Below, one piece after another: positions 45,246-45,401 of a stretch of 45,401 nucleotides of DNA. The DNA is taken from assembly GCA_002633005.1 (NCBI GenBank), contig NMRA01000911.1, positions 56,345 through 101,745 of the forward strand, in the 5' to 3' direction. The notes under the pieces were generated by a model that had not been told where the DNA came from, did no database searches, and saw only the letters and a program-made list of their open reading frames with translations. Source of the DNA: Phoronis australis. Lineage: Eukaryota > Animalia > Phoronida. The stretch's first letter is position 1. Every line of letters begins with the position of its first letter. The position numbers were made by a program, and so were the translations under genes.

Positions 45246-45401
45246 GTTGTGTACTTAGTCACACAATAACAGGATGTTTGTAGGTTGTTATTGTTTATGA
45301 GTTCAGTAGTTTAATTGGTATTATATCATGCGATTCCTAGTACAGGAAGTGTGTCATAGGTAACGCATCATATGTTGTTATGTAGTTGTGTGTATATATA
45401 T

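Overview
AT-rich eukaryotic genomic DNA. The repeat repertoire suggests a marine invertebrate (inference). It is almost entirely a nest of decayed mobile elements. I found no intact multi-gene system, rRNA, tRNA or CRISPR array, and most ORFs in the supplied track are antisense shadows or fragments. Remnants recognised by hand translation, left to right: an L1/Tx1 LINE present twice; a Polinton/Maverick (adintovirus-like) block with pPolB, a GasderminX-type ORF, a conserved ORF and integrase; an intron-containing Sola3-like transposase with a convergent unknown ORF; EnSpm-, hAT- and Harbinger-type MITEs; an Academ element with about 430-bp TIRs carrying a nested RT-RNase H LINE; and CR1, Penelope, Gypsy and piggyBac fragments. 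Two minimal hammerhead ribozyme motifs are visible. The best novelty candidate is a spliced, now-pseudogenised gene present twice (about 3.5-6.9 kb and 24.6-27.5 kb, minus strand). Its first exon encodes the same Cys/His domain, ending at the same phase-1 intron position, as the N-terminal exon of the neighbouring Sola3-like transposase, but it is spliced to non-transposase exons. The two copies appear to belong to an old tandem duplication whose second unit was split by about 16 kb of insertions. Two phase-compatible plus-strand exons may belong to a host gene. Family assignments come from recalled motifs, not database searches. Boundaries marked approximate are by eye, and a single N at 24512 makes adjacency across it uncertain.
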